A stretch of 63,314 nt of DNA, filler included, from Nemertoderma westbladi (lineage: Eukaryota; Animalia; Xenacoelomorpha), in assembly GCA_032718475.1 (NCBI GenBank). It is 3 parts of 3 records of this genome, joined end to end, with 100 filler letters (N's around TTAATTAATTAA, not from the genome) between each part and the next. Parts side by side here need not be neighbours in the genome. Positions count along the whole stretch, not along the records: positions 28,804 to 52,041 come from JAUCBJ010003367.1; positions 52,142 to 63,314 come from JAUCBJ010004817.1; 1 more part is not named here. One strand, 5' to 3'. This document shows positions 49,101-61,450 of the stretch, one piece after another. The position numbers and the translations under genes are program-made. The notes beneath the pieces were generated by a model. The model made no database searches. It saw only the letters and a list, made by a program, of their open reading frames with translations, and was not told the origin of the DNA. The first letter of the stretch is position 1. Every line of letters begins with the position of its first letter.

Positions 49101-51930
49101 CCTTTCCACTCACCCAATGACTGACCCTTTCCACTCACCCAATGGCTGACCCTTTTCTCTCACCCAATGACTGACCCTTTTCTCTCACCCAATAGCTGAC
49201 CCTTTCCACTCACCCAATGGCTGACCCTTTTCTCTCACACAATGGCTGACCTTTTCCACTCACCCAATGGATGACCCTTTCCACTCACCCAATGGCTGAC
49301 CCTTTCCACTCACCCAATGGCTGACCCTTTTCTCTCACCCAATGGCTGACCCTTTCCACTCACCCAATGGCTGACCCTTTTCTCTCACCCAATGGCTGAC
49401 CTTTTCCACTCACCCTATGGCTGACCCTTTCCACTCACCCAATGGCTGACCCTTTCCACTCACCCAATGGCTGAACCTTTTCTCTCACCCAATGGCTGAC
49501 CCTTTTCTCTCACCCAATGGCTGACCCTTTTCTCTCATCCAATGGCTGTCCCTCTCCACTCACACAATGGCTGACCCTTTTCTCACACCCAACGGCTGAC
49601 CCTCTCCACTCACCCAATGACTGACCCTTTCCACTCACCCAATGACTGACCCTTTCCACTCACCCAATGGCTGACCCTTTTCTCTCACCCAATGGCTGAC
49701 CTTTTCCACTCACCCAATGGCTGACCCTTTTCTCTCACCCAATGGCTGACCCTTTTCTCTCATCCAATGGCTGTCCATTTCCACTCACACAATGGCTGAC
49801 CCTTTCCACTCACCCAATGACTGACCCTTTTCTCTCACCCAATGGCTGACCCTTTCCACTCACCGAATGGCTGACCCTTTTCTCTCACCCAATGGCTGAC
49901 CCTCTCCACTCACCCAATGGCTGACCCTTTCCACTCATCCAATGGCTGACTCTTTCCACTCACCCAATGGCTGACCCTTTTCTCTCACCCAATGGCTGAC
50001 CCTTTCCACTCACCCAATGGCTGACCCTTTTCTCTCACCCAATGGCTGACCTTTTCCACTCACCCTATGGCTGATCCTTTCCACTCACCCAATGGCTGAC
50101 CCTTTCCACTCACCCAATGGCTGACCCTTTTCTCTCACCCAATGGCTGACCCTTTTCTCTCACCCAATGGCTGACCCTTTTCTCTCATCCAATGGCTGAC
50201 CCTTTCCACTCACCCAATGGCTGTCCCTTTCCACTCACCCAATGACTGACCCTTTCCACTCACCCAATGGCTGACCCTTTCCACTCACCCAATGGCTGAC
50301 CCTTTTCTCTCACCCAATGGCTGACCTTTTCCACTCACCCAATGGCTGACCCTTTTCTCTCACCCAATGGCTGACCCTTTTCTCTCATCCAATGGCTGTC
50401 CAGTTCCACTCACACAATGACTGACCCTTTCCACTCACCCAATGACTGACCCTTTTCTCTCACCCAATGGCTGACCCTTTCCACTCACCGAATGGCTGAC
50501 CCTTTTCTCTCACCCAATAGCTGACCTTTTCCACTCACCCAATGGCTGACCCTTTCCACTCACCCAATGGCTGACCCTTTCCACTCGCCCAATGGCTGAT
50601 CCTTTCCACTCACGCAATGGCTGACCTTTTCCACTCACCCAATGGCTGACCCTTTCCACTCACCCAATGGCTGACCCTTTTCTCTCACCCAATGGCTGAC
50701 CTTTTCCACTCACCCAATGGCTGACCCTTTTCTCTCACCCAATGGCTGACCCTTTTCTCTCATCCAATGGCTGTCCATTTCCACTCACACAATGTCTGAC
50801 CCTTTCCACTCACCCAATGACTGACCCTTTTCTCTCACCCAATGGCTGACCCTTTTCACTCACCGAATGGCTGACCCTTTTCTCTCACCCAATGGCTGAC
50901 CCTCTCCACTCACCCAATGGCTGACCCTTTCCACTCACCCAATGGCTGACCCTTTCCACTCACCCAATGGCTGACCCTTTTCTCTCACCCAATGGCTGAC
51001 CCTTTCCACTCACCCAATGGCTGACCCTTTTCTCTCACCCAATGGCTGACCTTTTCCACTCACCCTGTGGCTGACCCTTTCCACTCACCCAATGGCTGAC
51101 CCTTTCCACTCACCCAATGGCTGACCCTTTTCTCTCACATATTATATTTAGTATATATGATATTTGGTTTTTGTATCTTAGTTTCATGACAATTTATTTA
51201 TTTGAAAATTTAAGTAAGTGAAGTTTCTTTTACGGAGCCCCTGAAGTTTTCATTAGTTTTCGACAATGAATCGATTATTATATATATTATATATATATTT
51301 TACTATTATTGTGCTATATTGTATTTATAATATATTTATTTACTGTAAGAGAATTATTTATTGTTCTTACCGGTACATTTACTGGTCTCACCATTCTTCA
51401 CACGGCCAAGAAGTAATTAATTTGTGAGTATAATATTGTGTATTTATATGTGATGACAATAAACTTCAATCAATCAATCACCCAATGGCTGACCCTTTTC
51501 TCTCACCCAATGGCTGACCCTTTTCTCTCATCCAATGGCTGACCTTTTCCACTCACCCAATGGCTGACCCTTTTCTCTCACCCAATGGCTGACCCTTTTC
51601 TCTCATCCAATGGCTGTCCATTTCCACTCACCCAATGGCTGACCCTTTTCTCTCACCCAATGGCTGCCCCTTTTCTCTCATCCAATGGCTGTCCATTTCC
51701 ACTCACACAATGGCTGACCCTTTCCACTCACCCAATGACTGACCCTTTTCTCTCACCCAATGGCTGACCCTTTCCACTCACCGAATGGCTGACCCTTTTC
51801 TCTCACCCAATAGCTGACCTTTTCCACTCACCCAATGGCTGACCCTTTTCTCTCACCCAATGGCTGACCCTTTTCTCTCATCCAATGGCTGACCCTTTTC
51901 TCTCACCCAATGGCTGACCCTTTCATCTCA
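46172..51930. repeat. 25-bp satellite (CTCACCCAATGGCTGACCCTTT[CCA/TCT])n, more than 200 units
   Basis: Direct tandem periodicity; interrupted at 51139-51477. Confidence 0.98.
51139..51477 (+). mobile_element. 5'-truncated LINE/SINE 3' end inserted in the satellite
   Basis: AT-rich non-satellite block ending AATAAAC-T-(TCAA)3; TCAC present on both sides. Confidence 0.6.
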
Positions 51931-52041
51931 CCAGCCAGCTGATTTGCCAGCCGCAAGTTCTGGCTGATATGATCTTCAGCGATTGGTAAGAGCTCTCAAT
52001 CAGGAATACATATTACATGGTTTTCCAACAGCTAATAACTT

Positions 52042-52141
52042 NNNNNNNNNNNNNNNNNNNNNNNNNNNNNNNNNNNNNNNNNNNNTTAATTAATTAANNN
52101 NNNNNNNNNNNNNNNNNNNNNNNNNNNNNNNNNNNNNNNNN
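52042..52141. other. Artificial assembly spacer N44-TTAATTAATTAA-N44
   Basis: Same structure as 28704-28803. Confidence 0.95.
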
Positions 52142-53349
52142 GCTTCCACGGCTTCAGCATCTAGTCTCGCCTTTGTAGCTATTAACTTTCGCTTTTCCTC
52201 TTAGCGTTTTCTAAAGCTTTGAGAGCTGCCTTGTCCTCTTTAGCCTGCTCGGCGGCTTGCATTTCCGCATCTAATGCGTCTAGGATGTAACTGGCTGGTT
52301 CACTGCATGGGTGTAGTCCAGCTAGATGTCTCCTTAACTCCTGATCTCTGGTAATATAATAGCTGGTAATCCGACAAATAAATGTCGACAGTGTCTCTCT
52401 TAGGTTGCCCTTCAGGTGCTGCCTCGCCTTCTCCATAAGAAAGAACGGTGTCAGTGGATTCCCCGTAAACTAGTTGATCTGCTAACTGAGCTTTCCACTT
52501 GGTTGTTCCCTGAACTTTGTCGTTCACTCGTTGAAACCAGATTTGTACTGCCACCTGCAGTGAAGGATCCTGTCTCCTTTTTGAGGCTTCTTTGAATGCC
52601 GACAGAATTAATCTGATACTTAATATCCGCTCCCTCACTTGATACAGAAGTGGTCCCTATGCGTGAAGTTCTAAACTGTCCTCGGAATAGCTGAGTTTCC
52701 AGTCATCCTAAGGAGTTAAAGAATCCCTGGACATACCCAGATGCCAACCTCTTCCACACCGCGGGGTCTCTGGTATCTCTAGCCACTCCTAGCTGATGTA
52801 GGTCTTCCCAGGACACTTCTGAGAAGTTGAAAGGTATTCCGGGTCGGGAAAGTTCCATAGAGTTTCCACAATGGACTCTAATTCTACGCGTGGGTACCCG
52901 GCGTAACTCTCCTTCGTCGATCGCTTATTCTGTGTCTAATCTGCCAGACATTCTTCAATTGCTGGAAGAACTTGAGTGAGCATTCCTCCAGGAAGAGAGA
53001 AGAGTGGGTTGGGGTAGGCCTCTTCTTCCATTCTCGGTCCGGCCTCGGAGGGTGTTAGTTCGTCTGTGCTGGAGCTATGATGGCTGGATTGCGTTGGGGT
53101 AACTTCCCGGTCAGTTTGACATCGTTGTTCCGCCATCGCAGCTTGATCTCGTTTTACTTGGGCACTCGTGCCTATAATAGACCTATGGTGTTCCACTAAT
53201 TTAGGTTCCATTATAGCTTCTCCTGGAATAGCTTTTCTTACAGTATGTGGGGTCTTAGACCTCGATCGGGTCCTTTCTAGACTCCTACCTGGATCACAAA
53301 CTGTCTGCTCTAAGATGCTATCGGACAGTGTATGTTTAGGATCAGACAT
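52142..53349 (-). pseudogene. Fragmented intronless coding-like region (possible gag/ORF1 remnant), unidentified
   Basis: GC-richer stretch with successive - strand ORFs (53349-52936, 52638-52300, 52436-52182) ending in an Ala/Glu/Lys coiled-coil-like segment; no diagnostic motif. Confidence 0.35.
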
Positions 53350-53416
53350 AATTTAAGATCGTAGCTGAATGCCTATTACTATCTCCACAGTTAAATTTAG
53401 TCCAATATTGACCAGT

Positions 53417-55190
53417 TTCCCTTACGTATTCGAAGGTCCTCACCTGACTTCCGGATCCATGATCCCAGGTAACAGAAGTCGTCCACATGCTCAAGCATGC
53501 CATCCTTTGAGCTTATGCTCATCCGATCAGAGACTTTGCTGAGGACTTTCAAAGTTAACTGTCGAACTTTTGGTCTTTCTGGAGTTAATAAAAAGACCAA
53601 CACTAGAACCTGTTCTAATGAGCTGAGGAGCCGTTGGGCTCCCTCTAGTGATTCTGAGAGTACTCCTAAGTCATCAGAAAAGTCTAGGTCAGTTAGGTAC
53701 TTGGCAGGATTTCCTCGACTTCTGGAGCCAATAGGTAGAGTTATCATCACCCCATCATCATTATGATGATCTAAGGACATGCGTAGAATATAGTGAACCA
53801 CAATTATGAACAAGAATGGTGCAAGTGTGTCTCCCTGGAGGACGCCCCATAACACTTCAAATGTTCTGTGTCACCGTCAACAGTAGACACAAATATTGTA
53901 GAAACACCGTATACTGATCTGATTGCTGCAATAATTTCACCAGGAATCCCATATAATGAAAGTATGCTGAACATACGTGAGCGAGAGACTGAATCAAAGG
54001 CATCGAAGAAGTTAACAAAGATAACAGCCGCCTGTCTTTCTTTTTCATAACTCTTCAATTATCCTTCTAAGTGCCAAAATGGGCTCCATGGTCCCACGAC
54101 CTTTATGGAACCCATTCTGATTTCCACGGAGCAGTCTCTCAATGGGATCCCTGATGCGATTTAATAGAATTCTATTGTATAGCTTTGCAGCTATCGAGAT
54201 CAATGAGATTCCCCGAGAAGAACCATAGAGTGTTAGGTTGCCCTTCTTGGGAACTGGCACCAACTTATTTGTTTTCATTTCTTGTTTGACTCTTGTTGTT
54301 CGGTACATGTCTTCTATGATGGGATAGATGAGCTTTAAACACTCAGGTATTTTAAAGACCTCAGGGGGAACACCATCTACTCCACTGGCACGATTGGTCT
54401 TAATGCTCTTTGCAGCAGCCTTCACTTCTGCAAAGGAGATATCGCCAAGGGGAATATCTGGGAGTACAGACTCTGTGACACTTTTACAGTACATCAATAC
54501 AGTTAAAAGGCAATACCCTGTCAATATTGAGGAGCTTTTCAAAGTGGGCCTTCCAACCATTGAGGCGATCGGCGGGTGATTCAGCCTTAACCTTGCTGGT
54601 TGGTTGGCTTTTCCGCCCAGTAAGCACGTTGATCGATTTCCATGCCTGGGATGATTGCCTGCTGTCGTCAGCATCATTGATGGCATCAACCTGTTGGTTT
54701 ATTAGCTCCTGTAGATTAACAGAGTACTGCCTGTTCAGGGACCTAGATGCAGCCTTAACTGCATTATTGGCCTCTGTAGTCTCTTTGAGTCGGGACTCTG
54801 TCTGCGCCTTATAGGAGGTCATTTCGGCACTTCTGAATTTTGTTGTCAGTCCAGGGGGCCCTTTTCCTGTTTCGAGGGTATACATGAACTGTTTCTGCAG
54901 CTGCTAACTTAACTGCTTCTGTCAAGGCAGTATAGCCTTCGCAGTGATCTGCCGCCTCAGAGGCAAGAACCCCATACCTGTTGCTCAGCTGTAGTGTGAA
55001 GCTGGATCTCACACTTGGCTGTTGCAACAGAGAGGACCAGTCATGCCGCGGCAAGGCAGATTTCGTTGTTCTGCTAGCACGCAGACTAAGTCTTACCTTG
55101 GCCACAATAAGGCGATGATCACTGGAGAAGGGTCGAAGTGTAAATGCATTACAGTCTTGTATAGTGCTAGTGTTCAGACAGGACCCTAAA
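53417..55190 (-). mobile_element. Decayed RTE-like LINE (end of AP endonuclease to RT)
   Basis: SDHRLIVAKVRL; ASGVDGVPPE; LVPVPKKGNL..RGISLISIAAKLYNRILLNRI..QNGF; AFDSV; GVLQGDTLAPFLF; LDFSDDL; several frameshifts. Confidence 0.92.
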
Positions 55191-56179
55191 AATCTTTGAG
55201 ACGGATGTACCGGTACCAAATTCCAACTTATTAAATTTTCTTGGGTTTACTTTCTTTACACCAGTTTATCAATGAGTTCCTCCAGTACAGTGCTGTGTTT
55301 CATAGTAGGCCCTAGGTCATGGACTGTGAGACAGTTTCAATTGGACTGTGTTACGAAATTTTGGAATGCAATTGCATTACCGGCCTACTATATGGTTAGG
55401 AATTTGGTTTTTCTCATCTTGGCAGTACAGCAATGGGGTCCTTAGACAGCCACAACCGGAAAATTAGGCGTGGTTTATTTTACTGTAATGACTGTGTCTC
55501 GAGTTCAGTGATGCACCTTCTGTTAGAGTCCTCTTCACTGAGTAATCTGGTATTTACTCGTATATCTGTGTTGCTCTGGCAAATAACGCACTACCGGAAG
55601 ATGTACTTAACAAACTTAAGGTGCCTCTTAGTCGTTCTAATGAATTGGCAATATGTACGAACAGTGGGACTCACATCAATGTCCAATACGATGATTTACA
55701 GTTACTCAGAAAAGGAGTTATCTGCTAGACGAGGCTAGACGAGGGTGCTGATTTGGTTGGTTGGAAGGTTGTGCTTTTTATGCTTCTATAAAGATAGACT
55801 AACTTTCTCGACAAAACTAAGAGTTGTCAGGAATTACCTTCGTCTCGGTGAATAATTTGGCTACCGTATCTCCAACCAGCCTGACCTTTATAGAAATGGA
55901 TTGCCATCGATTCTAATTGATGTATTTGCATTTCAAAGATAACAAAAGATGTCAATATATCTGAATTTACAATTTGCTTCATGTGTATATTGTATACTAC
56001 AGTTCTGGTATATTGTATACTACAGTTCTGGTACTGTAGTACTTCCAATGCATATTTGTGGTTGTTATGTTTTATTTTAACTTTGAATATATTACTTGTT
56101 TTTATTCAAATAAGTGCTTGTTAGACGGCTTCAGCGCTGTGGGCACAGTTCTGTTTGTGACAAATAAATTGTCACCAAA

Positions 56180-56683
56180 TATATATTGCGAATGTTAATG
56201 CACAAATATTAAAACTTTATTTATTTGACTCATATATAGTCATCAAATATATATTGCGAATGTTAATGCACAAATATTAAAACTTTATTTATTTGACTAA
56301 TATATAGTCATCAAACATACAGTATATTGCGAATGTTAATGCACAAATATTAAAACTTTATTTATTTGACTCATATATAGTCATCAAACATATTGCGAAT
56401 GTTAATGCACAAATATTAAAACTTTATTTATTTGACTCATATATAGTCATCAAACATATTGCGAATGTTAATGCACAAATATTAAAACTTTATTTATTTG
56501 ACTCATATATAGTCATCAAACATATTGCGAATGTTAATGCACAAATATTAAAACTTTATTTATTTGACTAATATATAGTCATCAAATATATATTGCGAAT
56601 GTTAATGCACAAATATTAAAACTTTATTTATTTGACTAATATATAGTCATCAAATATATATTGCGAATGTTAATGCACAAATA
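56180..56683. repeat. ~66-bp AT-rich minisatellite, ~7.5 units, immediately 3' of the GPCR stop
   Basis: TATTGCGAATGTTAATGCACAAATATTAAAACTTTATTTATTTGACT...GTCATCAAA repeated. Confidence 0.95.
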
Positions 56684-56704
56684 TGGAGATCATAGTAAAT
56701 GTAA

Positions 56705-56859
56705 TTATTTTTCTTCCACCTCCGCTTTAGAGCAAAGGAATATCTTCTTAAATCCAGCCCGAAAGGTTTTGTTGCTCAGAATGTAAATCCAGAAGGTGAT
56801 AGCTTGGTTACCAATACTCATGAAGGCGAGCATTTGTAATAAAAGATGGTAATAATTTC
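56705..56859 (-). CDS. Rhodopsin-class GPCR exon 5 (TM7, helix 8, stop)
   Basis: TTTTCTCACAG| phase 1; LLQMLAFMSIGNQAITFWIYILSNKTFRAGFKKIFLC...*. Confidence 0.85.
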
Positions 56860-57318
56860 CTGTGAGAAAATAGGAATAGCAATGTAATCAATGTTATTTA
56901 ATTAACAATGAGCATGACATACTATACTACAGTATATTAGCAAGCTAGTATAATATTATGTAATTTATATATCTACAGTGTGAATACTAAACAAAAAATG
57001 TAATCCAAAAACTCACAAAAGTACCTCCAAAAAATAAACGTGTAATCTTGATGGTTCACAGGTGATCCGGGTGGAATCAAAATTAATCTTCTTTGACAGT
57101 GGAAAATCGAAGCAAATAACTGCTGATTACTATAAAAAACGCAATTGTAACCTGTTCTTTTCACTTTAGTTTATTGTTTTGGTTAGAATAACATGCTGCT
57201 GTAAACTGTACCTTAACCCCCCCCCCCTTCCCCATGTCACTATCTGCATACAGTAGGCTTGTATCAACACTCACATCACGAAACCCACTTGAATGTCTAG
57301 TATTAATGATAAACTTGC

Positions 57319-57494
57319 CTGGGTTAGGATAGCCTACAACCCAATTCTTGCATTTAATGTAATCTCCCTTCCACATCGACAGATATAACAAAAAGGGTGT
57401 TATTGGGAAAGCGAGACAAAAGAAGGCTCCACAGTTGAACAAAAACGTTACCGTAAGCGACTTCAAATGACCAGCGGCAGCTTTTCCAGCAGAC
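57319..57494 (-). CDS. GPCR exon 4 (TM6)
   Basis: TTTTCGAATAG| phase 2; KSLTVTFLFNCGAFFCLAFPITPFLLYL; donor CAG|GCAAGT (GC) phase 1. Confidence 0.75.
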
Positions 57495-59040
57495 CTATTC
57501 GAAAATAAATGAAATTTGAACATATGTGTACGTGCAAATCTCTCGGTAATGAAAAAATAAATAATCTCTGAAAAGGCACTACAGACCAACAAAAATGTCG
57601 TTGTGACAGAAGAACACTAAGTTTCACACACTACTGATAAAATTATGTAAGAAAAATTCTGGGTACACTTTGGCCTACTCGAATGTGTACAAACATTTTT
57701 TTTTTTTTTTTTAATGTGTGGGTCAACATTTTCTCCGGATCACCATTGATTTGCATGCCGCCCACTTTCATCCACGTCGTTGACAATTCTGTGATTCAGC
57801 GGCTCCAAGTGATCCAAGTATAAAATTGCTTAAAACCGTACAACAACATTATCTATCTGCCTAATTGTTTTTGAGAATTAGCCAAATTTAATGGCGCATC
57901 TTTTGCAAAAAACAGCGTCGCAGTTGATTTCTACTTTTCGATGTGGGTCCCACCTCAAAATTTGGCCCCCAGCACACATTTTTTCGAAATTTTAAAAATT
58001 TTTAAAGGTCACTTACATGATGAGATTATCCTTAGTGATGTTTTGGGGACTTTTATTGATTCAGATTGATATGGAATAGGTACTCTACTGCTCAATAGTA
58101 TGGAAGCGTAGTGGTACGTCATTTTTGGAGCACCAAAAATAGGGCGTGTATTAAAGTTTTGAAAAATTCAAGATACTGAAAATACGCCCAGTTTTAATTT
58201 CAACGCGTTTTGTAGGTTTTCTGGGTCAATGATTCGAATGAGAATACTCTAAAAACCAAAACACCTAGTGGTACCGCGTTTTTTTTCAGAATATTGGCTA
58301 TTTCAAAATAGGTAGACATGTTTTAGAGTAATGTCATTCGAATCAGCGACCCAGAAAATAGGCTGAAATCAAAATATGGTGGTTTTTTCTGTATCTCCTA
58401 TTTTTCAATATTTGAAGTGCCACACACACATTTCTTATGCAAGAAAAATAGCATACCGCTTATTTTTTGGGAATGGAATATAATCGTGCATTCGATTCAG
58501 CGTCTTGAAAAAACCTTCTAGAGCTAGGCAATAAAGCCACACTATTAGTTTCGATAAATAAATATAAAAGATTTTAAATTTGGTCCTGGGATGCAAATTA
58601 TGATACCCAGCTTATGAAATTTTCATTTTTCTAGGTTCGAAAGTGTTCATTGATAGTTTTTTTTACCTACAGGCCAAATTTAGTAGGAATTCGTTGGAAG
58701 ATTACTAAAATACAGTAGGGGGGTCGGCGGATCGGCCCCCCGCCTGATGGGTTACCACGTAAACAATAGGTGGAAATTTGCCTGACAGACAGATAGGCCT
58801 ACTGCATTACCTACCGGTAGGCGGGGTATAGCTATTAATACAGTAGGGCCTAGCTATATTAGTATAACGTGGCTCCAACCAAACGCCACCATAAAAATAA
58901 GCTAACTTATTTATAACATAATTTATGTCATTTTTACATTTATTTATACAGCAACTAATATAATTTGTGCAGTTTCTATCACTTATAATGTACTGTATAT
59001 ACAATCATTTCGTAATGTTACCATTTTTTGAATAAAACTA

Positions 59041-59190
59041 CATACATACTTGTTGCAAAGTACTTTACAGTGTTCTGATCCTCGTGGCTTTATTTCTCAC
59101 TCACTCACTAACGTTCGTTCGTGTAACAAAGCCACTCGGATCATCACACTGTAAAGTGCTACTTTACACACAAGTATATAAATAGTTATA
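59041..59190. repeat. Short hairpin/MITE-like inverted repeat in the GPCR intron
   Basis: ACTTTACAGTGT..TGATCC..GTGGCTTT versus AAAGCCAC..GGATCA..ACACTGTAAAGT. Confidence 0.7.
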
Positions 59191-59803
59191 TAAATAGTAA
59201 AATATAAATAGTTACTGTACTATAGGGGCCTAATATGTAACTATGCTGTTATGAATGTAAATTCAATTACAGATGAATAGGTTTAAATTGTAAATACGAA
59301 TTATATTCCATGAATTCAATAACTAAATTGGCATTGGAAAAAGCTCGCTGATGGTTTAAACACCACAGTAGTAATAATAAATACGTGATGTTGATGAGCC
59401 TATTATTGATTATTATTGATGAGCCTTTATATTGTAAATGTTAATGAGCCTATAATATATTTATTATAGGAAGGGATCTAGGGGTCTTAAGATCAGCTTA
59501 TAAGATCTATTGCCTTTTTCTTGGATTGGCGATACCTGTAGCGGTACGATTTTACTATTCTTATAGCATAAAAAATAAATTAATTAAATGTGATGTGATT
59601 TTATGGTAATTATTTCATTATTTACGTACAATACTGTATTTCAATCCTCGAGTACATGAATAGTAATAGTAAATGTTGGGTCAATCTACAAGAAAGGCGA
59701 CAGGCAATTGCGTTTCATAGAAGTATTAAGTATACAGTATAATATACTGTAAAAATGACGTTTAATACCTAAATCAGCTCAACGTTAGTTTTAGCCAACT
59801 CAC

Positions 59804-60036
59804 CCAATACTCTTCAGTCGATAGATAATGAGTACATTGAGCGGAATCAAGCAGGCCAACGGCATTGATACGGAGTATATCAATGTAGTAAGGGTGTTTA
59901 ATAGACGAACATTGGCAGCCTCTTGGCTATATCCGTAAACACATGTGTTGTTGGTTCTATGTTTTTGGTAAGTGTAGAAATTCGAATATTGAAAAGCGAT
60001 GTTAAATAAGACGATCACTGCACATATAATCTTCGC
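59804..60036 (-). CDS. GPCR exon 3 (TM4-TM5)
   Basis: GTTCTAG| phase 0; AKIICAVIVLFNIAF...TCV...IYSVSMPLACLIPLNVLIIYRL; donor GG|GTGAGT phase 2. Confidence 0.88.
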
Positions 60037-60258
60037 CTAGAACACAATTTATATAACATAAATATAACATTATCTAACAACGGAATTTAGTTAATGGGTG
60101 TGGTAAAGTAGTACTTTATATGACGGACTGTAATAGACATAGGCAGTCACGTAGAATGTCTTTACTGCACTAAACTACAGTTGTCTAAACTACAGTTTAC
60201 GGTACAGTAGAAAATACTGTAGTAGCACCCTAACGCCCTTACGCCGACGTTGACAAAC

Positions 60259-60600
60259 CTTTGTCTTCGAAAACAAATTCCTGGCGCGAACTGGATTATA
60301 AATACTCTGTTGTCGTTCAAAGGCCATGGCAACCAGCAACCAATGTGAAACCTTAAACCCAGCATAACTGAACCATTGCCAATATCCACAATAGTAACCG
60401 AAATAAATGGTCGCTTCGTTTGACCAGTGCCAATTCCGCCATAGAATTGTGCTGAAAAATACGCAACAGAAGTCGCTTGCAGACATGGTAATAAAGTATA
60501 TCATTGATCTGTTGTGTCGAAGTACCGGTGTTAACATGAAAACTGTGAACACGGCCAGATTGAGAATACATCCAGAGAAAAATATCACACACGAAACAAG
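60259..60600 (-). CDS. GPCR exon 2 (TM1-TM3)
   Basis: TCTTTTCAG| phase 0; GCILNLAVF; YFITMSASDF; YYC; SHWLLVAMAFERQQSIYNP; donor AAG|GTTTGT. Confidence 0.9.
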
Positions 60601-61234
60601 CTGAAAAGAACAAAATACAATATATTACACAAAATTATACCCTTCAAAACAAACTAGTTAGTATCCTTACACATTACAATAGTAGGCCCATGGAGACTAA
60701 AACATTCCCTTTATTACGACATTGCTGACTTAGAATAGCTTCTTTAACTATTTACACATTATTGTCGTTAAAGTAAAGGTTAAAATAACGTGCCACTGTA
60801 ACCTCTGCTTCTTTCTCTAAATTGAGAATTTAACATTGAAGCGGGATATTAATTCGCCAAGATGGGATTTGCGTCCAGACCCCCCCCCCCCCCCCCCCCC
60901 CCCCCAACTGGGTCAACCAACTGAGCTAGCCACACGTTATTTACAAATTGCCTTTTTTAACTATCTTTTTCAATAACAAAAAATGAATACATAAAATTAC
61001 TCATAATTTCCCATAATGTTCCGTAAAGATATACGTTAAACAGTATTCTGCATGATGGTTTCAATAGTTCGGCATCTTTTTTTGACACCATATGATCGGA
61101 ATAGTGAACTCCTATTTTATAGTTGATAAATAATTATATTTTCCTACCTTACAGTATGTCATCGGAAACACCCATCGGTGTATACATAATACGCAACATG
61201 ATATAATACATAATAATAATTTGACTATACTCAC

Positions 61235-61450
61235 TACAGTATACGTCAAGTTCTGCTCAAATACTAATGTATTGATCGCCTTTGGTAGTAACTGTACCTG
61301 ATTTAGTATTTTCCATAGACCCGGGTCCATTAGTGATACTGGCGCCTCCGCCAGACAAAGATTAAACGCAGTCGAAGTCGTTCCCATTGTTGAATTGTCG
61401 TCTATTATCGTCATAGTGCTGGTCTCGGCCATGGTGGTCGTTTCCGCCAT
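61235..61450 (-). CDS. GPCR exon 1 (extracellular Thr-rich N-terminus); whole model ~373 aa
   Basis: MAETTTMAETSTM..DNST; donor GTA|GTGAGT phase 0 matching exon 2; five exons sum to 1122 nt. Confidence 0.7.

Noticed and set aside
46079-51767. Short ORFs within the 25-bp satellite
   Set aside because: Artefacts of the repeat
57620-58760. Possible DNA transposon remnant in the GPCR intron
   Set aside because: Weak internal inverted similarity only; could not define termini or a TSD
59493-59535. Possible extra GPCR exon (CTACAG|G YRQSKKKAIDLIS*)
   Set aside because: Phase-compatible acceptor, but it reaches a stop with no GT donor; exon 3 joins exon 4 in phase without it
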